Source: Octopus sinensis (lineage: Eukaryota). Taken from it: a stretch of DNA of 64,000 nt. This document shows, one piece after another, positions 25,458 through 40,231 of this stretch (positions are counted from its first letter, which is position 1; each line of letters starts with the position of its first letter). A model generated the notes under the pieces. That model did not search any database. It was not told the origin of the DNA and worked only from the letters and a program-made list of their open reading frames with translations. The DNA lies in contig NC_043004.1 in assembly GCF_006345805.1 (NCBI RefSeq), positions 8,184,001 to 8,248,000 of the forward strand. Direction: 5' to 3'. Made by a program: the position numbers and the translations under genes.

Positions 25458-26359
25458 TACTTACAAAATATGTAGTAATGAGAAACTAAAGTTAAAACAA
25501 CCTAGGACAGTTATGACCACTCCTCCTAAAAAGTCTCAAAACTTGTGAAATGCACATCGTATATGTATGTGTGTGTGTGTTAGTGTGTGTTTGGGTACGT
25601 GTGTGTGTATGTTTGCTTGTGTGTGTACCTATGTGTGTACATATGTGTATATGTGTGGATATACATACACACATATATAACATATACACACACATATATA
25701 ACGTATACACGCACATATATATATAGCATATACACACATATACATAAACACACACACACACACCTACATGGTTGCATGTACATGTGTCTGTGAGTGTGCG
25801 TTGGGTTATGTGTGTGTACATGTGTATATATCTGGGTGTAGTTTATTGAGACATGAATTTGTTTCATAGCTACTCAAGTTCCTCCCGTTAACAAAATCTT
25901 CAGGAAAATCGTAATTCTTTGAAATGAGTGAAAACAAAAGTCTCCCAGTCATACTCCACGCAATTTGCTGAGTTCCCACTTTCTCCTATGTTCACAGACC
26001 AAAATATTTCAATGTATACACATATATGCACATACACACACACAGACACACACACACACACTTACATATACACATATACTCACACACACATATATAGAGA
26101 GATGTGTATGTGTGTGATCATATCTTTCTTATCAGCTTTAACAAGAAATTTCTTAAGCAATACATTTTTCGCTGCAGAGAGTTCTAATTCGTTGAAAAAA
26201 AATGCAAAATAAAAATATCTCCGGAATAAAATATATTCGTTCGAAAGAAGGAAAAGAAGCGATTCATTTTACAGTTTGTTTCAGAGTAGATTAATCATAA
26301 TTGGTGTTATAAAAGGTTCTTAAATTTCATGATTATAATTGATAATTAACAATTATGTA

Positions 26360-26772
26360 TATATATTACATACATACATACATGCATGCATACATACATA
26401 CATACATACATACATACATACATACATACATACATACATACATACATACATACATACATACACACATACATACATACATGCATACATACATACATACATA
26501 CATACATACATACATACACACATACATACATACATACTTCTTTCGATGTTTTAGCAAATTCCGAAAATACTGAATAAAAATATTTATATAGATTCCTGAG
26601 TATGTATACACACACACACATATAATATTTGTATACAAATATATATATATATATATATATAATTATATATATATATATATGTATAACTATGTATGTATAT
26701 ATGTATGTATATACATATGTATATATATGAATGTATAATGTATGTACATATTTATGTATATATATGTGTATG

Positions 26773-26803
<31 letters not shown>

Positions 26804-26982
26804 CATATGAATGTATAATGTATAACATATGTATGTATATATATGTATATATATATATATAATATATATATATATACACATATATATACATACATATGTA
26901 CATACATTATACATTCATATATACATACATACATATATATATATATGCATACATACATACATATAATATATACACACCACAC

Positions 26983-27048
<66 letters not shown>

Positions 27049-27130
27049 GTGTGTGTGTATATATATATATAATATATATATATATGTGGGTGTATGTGTG
27101 TATCGGAAGTGGCTATATATATATATATAT
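26360..27130. repeat. (ACAT)n/(TA)n compound microsatellite
   Basis: Directly visible. Confidence 0.9.
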
Positions 27131-30083
27131 AATGGAACTGTGAGTATGTATATTAGAAAAAATATGTAAGTCAAAACGATTTGTTGGCCTTTTATGGTTT
27201 TTATAATTATGCTATGTTATATATTATATTCATAGTATTTAATGTAATATTGTAATATAAATAGATTATTGGATTGTAAATTGAATATCTCTATATTTAA
27301 TTAATCTTTATATATATATATATCATGTAGAAAGATCCGAAAAACCTTGTGAAATGCAACTACCTAGATTTTCCTGGCCGAAACATGAATTTATTCCGCA
27401 ATTTATCAACCGGGTAAAGATAACACGAGGGCTATTTCGCAAGGCTTTTAATGTTTTTTCGTGGGTTTTATAATAGTAATAATATATTTACTCTCTCAAC
27501 AGATGGAGTACTATCCTACTTGTTGAAATTCTTACCGCCCACCCGAACACACCCACACACATGACTAAAGGGAATGAAGAATTTCAGCTAACAATATTCA
27601 GTTATTTGATCACTTCACCTGCCTACTCGTTGAATAAGCGTGTAAATACCTGATTATTCCACATATACGTGTACCTTAAGCGTAATTTTGATATCGGATC
27701 AACGGTACATACATGACATGGCTGGACCTTTGAATTAGTAGTGCAATCCATCCGAGGGCTTCCACACATCTCCGTCTCCTCAGTTTTATTTACAAGGCTT
27801 AAGTCAACCTGAAGCTAAGCGAAATCCGTTACCACTCGTTACCATGCTTGTGTCCTCTACATACACAAACGGACGCATACATATATGCACATTGTCAACC
27901 ATACACTAATATACACTCACATAACATACTAATTAAATACGAGAAGGGATGAAATCAATTCATTCGTAGAGACATATATACACGCGTGTATACGTGCAAG
28001 CCTGTACACAGACAAACACACATATATTATACTATATTGTATATATAGATATATATATATATATATATATATATCTATATTAATATATATATATATATAT
28101 AATATATATATATTATATATATATAATATATATATACTATGTATATATATATACTATTTATATATTATAATATTATATACTATGTATGTAATATTTATAT
28201 ATAATATATATATAATATATGTAGAAATATTATATTTTATATATATATATATATAATATATAATATATATATATATAATATAACACACACACGCACAGAT
28301 GCGTGTTATGTACGTATGTCTATAAAAGAATGACTATATTTGATTAGTCAGCAGAAATAATGAAGTATTTGGCTGTATAAAGGCACAAGTGATTCTACTT
28401 AATAAACGCTTTTTTCAGAACACAAGAATATCTCTGTCAGATTCCACTGAACTGGTATATATATTTACTGTGACCGAAGGCTATAAATAAAACAGGACCC
28501 GAGCAAGATGTACAGATTGAACCTTAAATCAAGCAGGAAACCTCTACGTTAGCATTTGATCTGCAAGAAATAGACGCAAAACCTCTCTCTAATCATATCT
28601 AGTATAAGGAGAGGCCCATTGAAACAAGTATACTTACATAATCGTAAAAGATGAGATGACCACAGCAGGAATGTTCTTGATGATAGTCCTGTTATTCGCT
28701 AGCACTAACGTGGCGTTTAATAACAATACACTTAAAACTATTTTGAAGTAGGTTTGGTCAGAGAACTCTGCTTCTATATTTCGACACTTAAAGAATGGAT
28801 AAATGATATTTCACGCCAGTTATTTCTGTAGTTTAAATAATTCAATAGGACCGATAATTTACAGAGAATTAGTACACTACATAAATATAATCCGGTTATG
28901 TTTTAGTGTTGTTTTATAATTTCAAATATTTTGTCAAATACTTGACGACGAAAAGCGGAAGATTTGTCAAATACTCTGTATTAAATAGAGAAGTCTTAGA
29001 AGTTAATGTTTCGATTTGTTCAGAACCGCATCGAAAAGAAATTCAGTTGACATTGATGAAATTGGTAATGTTTGGGTGAATATAACGATACATCTTCAAA
29101 CAATCTAAAGCTTCCGAAAAGGTGTAAAAACGAATAAGATAGATACAATAAATATTTAACAGATACAGGTCTATAAAATACCATACAGCATAAATCTTTG
29201 ATTTATCAAATTTATTTCCACCTCGAGATGTGTCACAATTAACAAATGGCGATTAAGGGTACCTCCATTTGAGAAGGAGAGATAATCTCCACAGTCAAAA
29301 GTCTGCAAAGTTGATATGCTATTAAAGAAAAAGACAGGTTTGTTGTCTAGAGATAAAACGACATTCGTCTACACAAGTTTCTGTTTTAATAGCCGTCATC
29401 AACACAGCAGTTGTCTCATCTGATCTCCAATAACTTTCGAAGAAGTTTACTTCTTTTATATATACACACAAACACATATATATGTATATGTATATATATA
29501 AATATAGATATAGATATAGATATAGATATAGATAGATAGATAGATAGATAGATATAGATATACATACATACATATGCATATATATATAACTCCAATAGAG
29601 TTATAAGAAAATGTGCAGAACACATTAATGGTCAAATTTTCATAATTTAAGCAAAAAAATGAGTTAAGAGAAATAGCTCAGATTGGCCAGGGGCAAGTAT
29701 TTGAATATCATAAACGAATACTGATACATGAAATACATTGCAACACACTTTGTTGATGTATTAAAATTACCTTCTCGCCGCTTTAGAGGACGTGTCTTGA
29801 TTATCAAATGGCAATCAAGACCAGCTTCACATGAAAAGAAAGAAGATCGAAAGAGTAATAATTTTCCTTAGTTGACAATCCATTTAAATATTATGTATTC
29901 ACATGGAATACAACGTAAAACCAAATACTTGAAACACGCATAATGGAGATGATTCTACAGTTATGTACGTTATACAATTTCGGACTAAAATCTAGGCAAA
30001 AGTAATCGAATGGTCTCCTCTTATCATTTCTACAGAGACAGTCAAACGTATTATTCGCATTCCTTTCACACATTTACGCTGTA

Positions 30084-30153
<70 letters not shown>

Positions 30154-30320
30154 AATACACATATATATAATATATGTATATATATATATACATATATACA
30201 TATATATATACATACATATATATATATATATAGAAAACATGCATACATACCACGCATAAATATATATATAAACAAATATATATACATATATATATATGCA
30301 TATGTATGTATGTATATCTA

Positions 30321-30391
<71 letters not shown>

Positions 30392-31324
30392 ATCTATATC
30401 TATATCTATATCTATATTTATATATATACATATACATATATATGTGTTTGTGTGTATATATAAAAGAAGTAAACTTCTTCGAAACTTACCCAGTCACACG
30501 CTATCTCCGTTACTAAAGTTAATTAAATAAATATAAATGCGACATGATATAATGTTTACAAGAAACATATGTTTTACGAATCTATCCTCAAGGGTCTCAG
30601 AATGAAAGGGTAGAAGGGGAAATGAGTAAAAGAGAGAAGAATTATGAGTAATAAAAGAGAAATGGCCAGTGAAATGGAATTGGAAGTCATCTGCAAGAAA
30701 TCCTCAGGTTAAACTGATATCTTTTCCGTTAGCCATATATCTTTCTCGCCCCTTTATTATACATCTTTACCTTTCTTACGCATACATATACATACATAAT
30801 ACGTACATGTATATGATATACATGTGTTAGCGCATATATTATATAATATATATAATATATCATATATATAATATATATATATATAAATACATACATATAA
30901 GTGTATATATATATATTATATATATATATATATATAATATATATATATATAGTATATGCATATATACACACATGTATACGTGTGTAAGTGTGTGTGTGTG
31001 GTGTATTCACTAGTTTCTGCTGGTCTCTAACATTTAGCTTCGTTTTACACATTGAAATCTGTAGCAATCTTTAAAGAGAAAATCGCGATTGACATAGCCC
31101 TTACACACAATTTTAATGCGTAATTTAAAATGGCCGTATCCACTTCCGTTCCCTCATGCCCTGAAATATATTTAGGCAGTATCGCAACCTGTTACCTCCC
31201 TTTGATAATATAAGTGAAAGTTTATAATATAGATAAAAATATATTATCACTTTGATAATGTAAAGATAGGAATAGATGTTAAAACTAATAATTTAGGAGA
31301 ATATATAATCAATCAGAGAAAACC

Positions 31325-31562
31325 ATCTTCTTGTCTTTGCTTGTTCCAGTCGTTGTACTGCGACCATGCTGGGGCACCGCCTTAAAGCATTTAGTCAATT
31401 AAATCGATCCTGGAGAACTCTAAAGTAGTTTAAAGCAGTTTTCTGTCAGCCAAAGCCAGCGACAAAACTTTGGTTTTGGTCAAGGTTATAGTAGAAAGCA
31501 TTTACCCAAGGAACTGCGCGGTGGAACTAAACCGAAGGCCACCTAATTTTGAATCAAGCTTC
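31325..31562 (-). mobile_element. Diverged SINE family B copy
   Basis: ccatgctggggcaccgcctt; ttatagtaga; cccaagg blocks. Confidence 0.65.
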
Positions 31563-31754
31563 TTAACCTTGCATCCACACCTGCACCATGCAGAGATTTT
31601 GGAAACTAAATTCAATGGTTTTGTGAATTTCTTTTTTATTCATACCTAAAAGAAAGATTGTAGAAGTTGGCAAAACTCGATAATTATTACTTTTGAAAAT
31701 TTCAGAGTGAGGTATGATAACTTGAATAGTGTTAAAGCTTTCAAGGATTAATAT

Positions 31755-31905
31755 GTTTAAAAGCTTGCTTCCGAACCACATGGTTCTGGGTTCAGTCTCA
31801 GTGCACGGTACCTTGAGCAAGTGGTCTCTTTTACTATAGCTTCGCACTGACCAGAGCCTTCTCAGTGGATGTGGTAGACGGAAACTGAAAGAAACTCGTC
31901 GTATG
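31755..31905 (+). mobile_element. SINE family B head fragment
   Basis: gcttgcttccgaaccacatggttctgggttcagtc...gtagacggaaactgaaagaa. Confidence 0.75.
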
Positions 31906-31955
31906 TATGATTCTTCTTTGAGTTAGCATGTATATGTATGTATGCATTATATATA

Positions 31956-32058
<103 letters not shown>

Positions 32059-32484
32059 CATACATGTGTGTGATGTGTGTAAATGCACATAAACAAACGC
32101 GCACACACACACACCATATCCTTAGGCGCGCATGTGTGTGTGTGAAGGTACACTGTTGCCAAAACGAACATGATATTCGAGTACCACATGTGTTACGTGG
32201 TGGATGCTGGTCGCTGTTTTATTAAAACCGAGCAGTCAGTCTGTTATACTTTTAGTTGAAGTAATTAATCCTACTGTCTTAATAAATCTTTTGAGTGTCG
32301 GTGGTTTGATCGTACGGATATTTACCGAATGGAATCGTTAAAATATATTTTGCAGTTGCAAGTCAAATCCTACGTGGTTTATTCCCAGACGAGCGAGAAG
32401 CACAACCAGGTTGTGTTGCGTGTTCTTTCTGGAAACTGTATTTCTTTTTTCACTGTGTGCGTGCGTGTTTGTGTGTGTGTGTGC

Positions 32485-32519
<35 letters not shown>

Positions 32520-33261
32520 CGTGTGTGTGTGTGTATGTGCGTGTGTGTGTGTGTATGTGTGTTCGTCTGGAGGGTTTTTGTGTTTGGAGAGTTTGTGTGT
32601 TCCCATACACTTGATTTGAGAGATGGGACGCAAAAGGAAACTGAAGTGAAATTACAGAAATTCGAAAAGCAAATTTTGTTTATCTAAGCTCCGATATCCA
32701 GCCTCCTGAATCAGAAAGGCCACGCTGACATTGTACAGTTAATATACTGGAAGAAACGGGAACGGGAGATGCTAATACACACCCACACACCCACACACCC
32801 AGGCACACACACACACACGTACACACACACACACACACAATGTATAAACACGCTCATACATACGCTTACTTATACAGCAGGCACACAAACACACACACAT
32901 ATGGACACACATTAACCTAATACACGCACATGCAGTGAAAATTCTGTTCCAATATCTATCTATCTATCTATCTCTCTCTCTCTCTCACTCTGTCTGTCTG
33001 TCTCTCTGTCTGTCTCTCTCTCTCTCTATTTGAGTATGATGTGTGTGTAAGTATATTTATCCGTAGGCCCACATACAGACACACATTTATACAAAGAAAG
33101 GATCAAAACAAAGGAGAAAAAAAATCTAGTTAACAAACAATTTGCAAAAGTGAATCTGTTAGAACAAAAAACAAAACAAAAAAGAACAACAAAAAAAAAA
33201 ACAACAACAACACCAGCACCAGCAACAGCAGTAGCAACATCGTCAACATCATCGTCATCGT

Positions 33262-33292
<31 letters not shown>

Positions 33293-33838
33293 AGCAGCAG
33301 TAACAGCAGCAACAATAACAACGAAAACAAAAACAAAACATAGCAACGAGATGTAATAACGTATATTCTGACATCATAATGGCTGGGTCTAAAATCTAAA
33401 TTATGCTACATCAATGCATGACCTTTTGTGCCGGTCTGTGGATTGTTGTTCCTTTGAAGGCTGAAGGGTCAAATGATGGGGGTCGGCTTGGATAAAGAGG
33501 CACGTGATGAAATTTTGTTGATTATCTTTTCTTGTAAAAAGTATTAATAATGAATTGTGTAAACTGCAGGACACAGCGTTAAACAAACAAAATAAATGCG
33601 TAACCAAGTATTGAAGGAGCATTTAAGGGCCAGCGCTTAACCCTATTTTCAATGACGTGAAGAGCGTCCATGCATACATACATACATACATACACACACA
33701 CACAAACATATACATAAATACATATATTTATGCAAGATACAGATCAAGGAAAAACTTTTATTCTCAAACGCAGGATAATGCTAATAATATAGCATGAACA
33801 GTATAAACTATCCATATTTTGCAGAAAAATCTGTCGGC

Positions 33839-33910
33839 GGCCAGCCATGAGACTCGAACTCACATCCACATGATTACGCGTCAAGTGCTTTACCATTAAG
33901 CTAAACTGCC
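33839..33910 (-). pseudogene. tRNA-Thr(CGU)-like pseudogene or tRNA-derived repeat head
   Basis: 72-nt cloverleaf: D arm gctt/aagc, anticodon loop cgCGTaa (G at position 33), T arm gtgag ttcgagt ctcat; mismatches in acceptor and anticodon stems. Confidence 0.55.
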
Positions 33911-33988
33911 GCAACAAAAGATTCTTCTACAAATTTAGGATGTATACCTACCTACCTACCTACCTACCTTCTATCTATCTATCTATCC

Positions 33989-34026
<38 letters not shown>

Positions 34027-34080
34027 ACGGTATATATAATATATTATATTATATATATATATATATACATTATATTATAC

Positions 34081-34127
<47 letters not shown>

Positions 34128-34216
34128 TATATATAGATATATATATATATATATAATATATATAATATTATATATAATACATATATTTATATACATTATA
34201 TATATATATATATATA

Positions 34217-34999
34217 TTTCGTTTGGGATTTGGTTTGCAAGATTCTTTATATGAGTTCATGTGTTGAAGCATATTCTGTTGTGTCTGGGGAGAGTCATTC
34301 TCTTTTAGTGCCTTTTTATTTAACACACTCACCGGTACAATTTCCACTTATTTCCTAAAATTTTCGTTGCGTCTTGTAACCTTTTCAATAGTCTTGAATC
34401 TGTCCGTTATTTACACTGCGTTCCCTTTTGTTTGTTTGTGCGCATGTGTGTGGGTCAGTGTCCGTGTTTCTGTATTTTCTATGTATGTGTGTGTGAGCAT
34501 CTGTTTGTATATGTATGCACCTCTGTCTCCTTGTGTGTGCATATCTGTGTGTGTGTGTGTGTGTTATGTAAGTATGTACCATGTTTGTATGTATGGATGT
34601 GCATCTTTATATGTGTGGATCCGTGTCTCCATATGTGTCTGTTCTTGTAACCTATGTACCAATCCGTCCTATAGATATGCAGGATACGTACATACAGATG
34701 CACACGCATACATACATACATATGCATACACACACATATATACAGACATACACATGCAAACACACACACACACACATACATACGTACATGTATGCATGTA
34801 TAGGCACACACACAAATGCGCACAAACAAACAAAAGGGAACGCAGTGTAAATAACGGACAGAGTCAAAACTATTGAAAAGGTTGCAAGACGCAACGAAAA
34901 TTTTAGGAAATAAGAAAATAGGAAATAAGTGGAAATTTTACCGGTGAGTGTGTTAAATAATAAGGCACTAAAAGCGAATGACTCTCCCCAAACACAACA
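34217..34999. mobile_element. Two diverging inverted copies of the HHR-bearing repeat (HHRs 34355-34391 minus, 34870-34906 plus)
   Basis: 34277-34452 is the reverse complement of 34808-34999; microsatellite-rich spacer; both flanks (TA)n. Confidence 0.8.
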
Positions 35000-35179
35000 T
35001 AATATATATATATATATAAAAATAGATGTGTGTATTTTTCCTTTGTTTACAATTTACACGGAAAAATAGATAAACATTTGCCAGAGCAGCAAAATTCACA
35101 CAAATAATACGGACGTAACACTTTGTTTTTAAAGGTAGAAACTTCGGTTTTATGTGAAATATTTTGTATAATATATATA

Positions 35180-35295
35180 AATAAATAGATGGAGTTAAAC
35201 TCAGGTGAAATACCTTTGACGTCATATCTTCTAGCGCCTTTTAATAAAAAAAACTTAATAGCGTTACGTTCATCATTGTACATTTCCATCATATT
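35180..35295 (-). mobile_element. Possible mariner N-terminal remnant
   Basis: ERNAIKFFLLKG...ISPEFNSIY resembles mariner RxVIKFxxxxG...EIxxELxxVYG. Confidence 0.3.
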
Positions 35296-36470
35296 CTGTT
35301 AAAATGTCTTATTGACGAGTTTTATTTCTTCATTTCCCCGAGGAGAAGATTTCATTGTTTTACACCATTTTATTCCTTTGGAATAATACCAATGTTGTCT
35401 TCGAAACATGTGTCGGAAGTAAAAGAATTTGAATAACACCTGCGTTTAACTCCATTTATATATATATATGATCTGAAGAATCTATTAGAGTAAATGAAAA
35501 TATGTGATTTGTAAAAACATGACATGTTAATAAATATTTGTACATGTGCAGCCATCCAGATCTCTGAATATCTTATTTTTCTAATATATAATATCTTTAC
35601 ATCACCTCCAATACTTCTAATATACATACATACATACATACATACATACATACATACATACATACATACATACATACATACATACATACATACAAAGGTA
35701 TAAATATATATAGATATACCTTTGTATGTATGAATACACGCACACACGCACACACACGCTTTCACACACAAACATGCATATGCATTCAGTAAAACTGCTA
35801 ACGATCTAGAAAACAAAAAAAAATATTTATAAATAAACATCTTGTGGATTTCCTCCAAAATGTAATTACTTTCGCCCATAATTTTAATAAACTGTCTCGC
35901 TTTGTAAAATATTTAATTTATTCACTTGAGGCTACGTGATGCTGATGATTTTTAAAAAAGATACAAAAAGTGCTACAGAGGATCACCAGTGACTGGAAAA
36001 TTGTTAGAAATTCCTAAAAGTAAACAAAAGAATAAACACGGAAATTCTATGTAATCTTTTTCTCGTAATTACTTAGTTTCAAATTCTAGTCCTTAATTCC
36101 GCCTTATATTTTGAGTGTATGATTATCTCCCACAATCCCAGTTGGGACGAATGCTACTGTTATTTAGCACCAGGAAACATCGTCTCTAGCTGGCTATACG
36201 ACACACAATCTGAGTTCTTTTAGTTTCGAACAGGGGAGTTTAGCACTCCCACTCACTACAGAGCAATATCCATGAACCCCGGTTTCTGGGTTATTTCTCT
36301 TCCTCGGCACAGAGTGCAACGCACTCTGAACTGAGTGCTGGTGCATCAACTTATAGATTTATTCATCTATATATATATATATATATATGTGTGTGTGGGT
36401 GTGGGTGTGGGTGTGTGTGTGTGTATAATATAAATATATCTTTATATAAGTACATATCTTATATTGTATG

Positions 36471-36509
<39 letters not shown>

Positions 36510-36619
36510 TACAAACTATCTATATATCTACCAGCCTACCTTTTTGTCTGCCAGCCTGCCTGCTTTACCTGCCAGTTAGTCTGTCTGTTTGCTCTGCTGT
36601 TTGTCTGTCTTCTGTCTGT

Positions 36620-36702
<83 letters not shown>

Positions 36703-36861
36703 GTATGTATGTATACACATACACTTTTCTTATCTCTGAAGTGATGTTTCTAGCACATCTATACGAATATACGAGCGTCCACTCGCCAATAAACTCGCTC
36801 ATCTGCGCGAGTGCGAACGCATTCTCATATATATGCACGCAAACACACGCACACACACACA

Positions 36862-36895
<34 letters not shown>

Positions 36896-37085
36896 TGCAC
36901 TCAAGCAGGTACAAACACACATATGCCCTGACAAATCAAAACAAACAAAACGCATAGAACGCCTGACATTGGACGTCTGACATTACTCACACAAATACAC
37001 AAAAAACTCGGATGTCACATAAATACCCGGACATTTTACTCTTGACAGAAAGAAACTCGTGCATCGCTACACGCACACTCACTCA

Positions 37086-37134
<49 letters not shown>

Positions 37135-38089
37135 TCTCTCTCTCTCTCTCACACACACAGGTACACATAAGCGCACATACGTACACAAGCTACACTTAAC
37201 TAACGCATTCGCCTAATAAACCACCCACACAAACTAAAATGCTCTTAATTGCCTTTCTGTACTTATATAAACATAATTGCTTATATTAAGAATATAAGCA
37301 ATATTTTCTTCTAAATTACGTACAAAGGCAGACAGACTGTTTGAGGAGAGGTTTTAGTCGATTTTAAGCGATTCTCTTACATTACTCGTCGTTTATTTTA
37401 TCGCAGGAGAGATAGGCTTTCTTTTATAGAAATTGTAATTATCGACAGCAGAGAGCAAGTCCACTCCATATGATGTGTGCCCCTCTTTATGGAGTCACTT
37501 TCGCTTTTGTTTTAAATACTGCTTATCCTTTTCGGGCTCCTCCTGATATCACCTGTTATGACTAAGGCAGGAAGTTATTTGATCTTTCGGTTTTGTTTCT
37601 GGCAACGGGAATAAGACGATTTCCCCCCACGATTTCACAGTTTTTCCCTGAGTTGCCTTACGTAAGCAACCTCAGCCATTTGCGGTTAGTTTGATTCTTT
37701 CAAGTCTTCTTAGCAGTAACCCCTTAAATAGTTTTTATTGTCACATGCATAAGACCTGGTTTTTCACGTTTACCTTTCCAGCCTTTCGCTTAATATACTC
37801 TATAGAGAATTTCACTAAGATTGTTTTTCTTTTCGTCATCCGGGGTCACGACCTCTTATATCCATGGTGACTCGCAATGAAAGTTACGGCCTACCTATAT
37901 TTTGCTAGAACAAGTGACTACGATTCAAGGGCTGACCTCATTACCGATGACCCTTGAAGATGACTTTTGTATTTCTGCTTCCCAGGCCGCCATATCTTAT
38001 ATATTTTATCTTGCATTTTCGCTCTGGTATGCAGTGTAGGGTGGATAAAAGTATAATATTAAATCCGATAGGATTAAATATCACAAGAT

Positions 38090-38493
38090 GATATTCTTTT
38101 CTACTCTAGGCATAACGCCGGAAATTTTTAAGGAGGGGGCTAGTCAACTAGATCGATCCCAGTACACAACTGATACTTAATTTATTTACCCCGAAAAGAA
38201 TGAAAGGCGAAGTCGACTTCGGCTGAATTTGAACTCAGAACGTAAAGACACGCGAAATACCTATTGCTCTACTACCCACAAACAGCTAAACACAAAAGGG
38301 ACAAACAAGGACAGACAAACGGATTAAGTCGATTATATTGACCCCAATGCGTAACTGGTACTTATTTAATCGACCCCGAAAGGATGAAAGGCAAAGTCGA
38401 CCTCGGCGGAATTTGAACTCAGAACGTAGCGGCAGATGAAATACTGCTACGCATTTCGCCCGGCGTGCTAACGTCTCAGCCAGGTCGCCGCTT
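38090..38493 (-). mobile_element. SINE family A with duplicated module
   Basis: Same structure as 17538-17910. Confidence 0.85.
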
Positions 38494-38639
38494 TCACAGG
38501 CTGATATCATTAGACTACTAAAAGAGAATGGACACAGGTACGTAGAGATGCTGCAAGATGATAACGTAAAGGGAAATGAGAGTAAAAGTCCCCAAACTGT
38601 ATTAGAGAAGGATTGGGAAGGTGCTTAAGTAACTAGCTG

Positions 38640-39590
38640 GAGAGGTAATATTATCATGATAATCAATAGGTAGGCTATGCTAGAGCTGAGATATAACCTA
38701 CTCCTTTTTAGGTGTACAAATACAGAACTACAGGACTCAAATAACAGGAACAAACTGTTCACAATGCACAACACTCATCACCGTAAAAGTAACATTAATA
38801 GGCTGTATTTGACAAGGAGGGAAGGTAGCAGGAATTTGTCAAACGCAGGAGACACTATAAAATCTATGTTGTGTAGTATGGGTTAGAAATATTGAAGAAA
38901 TTATTGAAACAGTGAAAGATTTCAAGAATAGAACGAAGAACGAGTGGGCAAGAACAGGAAAGAAAAAGAGGATATTACAAGGCAAGCGCGTTGGTTGTGG
39001 ATGAGAGACAGAAACTGAATCTAAGATTGATAAAATTCAGTCAGACAGCAAACGCAGAATGTATCGAAAAGAAGACAGTAGTATTCACAAAGCTCTAAGA
39101 AAGTGCAGTAAGGAGTGTAAGTGTAGGCATGACTGAATTGGGAAACGTTCATTGGAATGTTCACCAAGTTAAAGTATTTGAAGTTACAAAAAAACAGCAG
39201 GAGTTCGAGCCGTCATGGTGTATGATAACTACAGGATTTTATTTGATTTCTTCAAATATATTAACCACACGAATGAAGGATGGAAACCAGATATGAATGT
39301 AGCGATAAAGGAAGCAATGTATAATTGATTTTTGTATTCCCGTTTGCTAGAACAGATACGAAGGAAGCTGAGAAAAGGGAGAAATATGAGGATCCGGCCC
39401 GAGTGATGAGATTGTGGAACACGAGGACGAAAGTTGTTCTTGTGAAAATTGGCGCACACGGCACCAAGTCTGTATTGCTACCTAAGATAGATTGGAGGAT
39501 ACTGGGTCTGAGACATTTGCTGTCCATCTGCAGAAATGACATCCTGTATTCTGTAAGAAGCCTAAGGTCCCTGAGTTCTGAGAAGACCAA
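38640..39590 (+). mobile_element. Old Dong/R4-clade LINE fossil
   Basis: KLFTMHNTHHRKSNINRLYLTRREGSRNL (R4/Dong HHPKxxxxRLYxxRxxGGRGL-like) and restriction-like endonuclease KEAEKREKYED...RLW...VVLVKIGAHG. Confidence 0.75.
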
Positions 39591-39639
39591 ATCTAATGAT
39601 AAAATCATTGATTATTAGATTAACATGCAATAACTGTTG

Positions 39640-39715
<76 letters not shown>

Positions 39716-39740
39716 GCTACTGCTGCTACTACTATTATTA
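39640..39740. repeat. (TAC)n microsatellite
   Basis: Directly visible. Confidence 0.9.
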
Positions 39741-39741
39741 T

Positions 39742-40052
39742 AACATCAAGCAAAAAGCAACGAAGGCTTGCATGAATAATATCGAAGACAACTGGAAGGG
39801 CAAACTTCTGCATGGAAAATACCCTAACCGCTTGTCAAAGCCAGATATTGATCAAAATCTAACACACCAATGGCTACAAGGGACAGCAGAAGGTTTTGTT
39901 ATTGCAGTGCAAGATCAGAGCTTACCTACCAGAAACTACCATGCAGACGTCCTTAAATATGGATCTGACCCGTCGTGCAGAATTTGCAGAAAGTTCACAG
40001 GGACAATTGATCATGTTGTTTCTGGCTGCCCAGTTCTCGCTGAAAAGGAGCG
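39742..40052 (+). mobile_element. Dong/R4 LINE fragment with CCHC zinc knuckle
   Basis: WKGKLLHGKY...EGFVIAVQDQSLPTRNY...CRICRKFTGTIDHVVSGC. Confidence 0.85.
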
Positions 40053-40087
40053 CCTAATAATAATAATAATAATAATAATAATGATAA

Positions 40088-40131
<44 letters not shown>

Positions 40132-40150
40132 TAATAATAAAAGAAATAAA

Positions 40151-40203
<53 letters not shown>

Positions 40204-40231
40204 TAATAATAAAAAAAAAATAATAATAATA

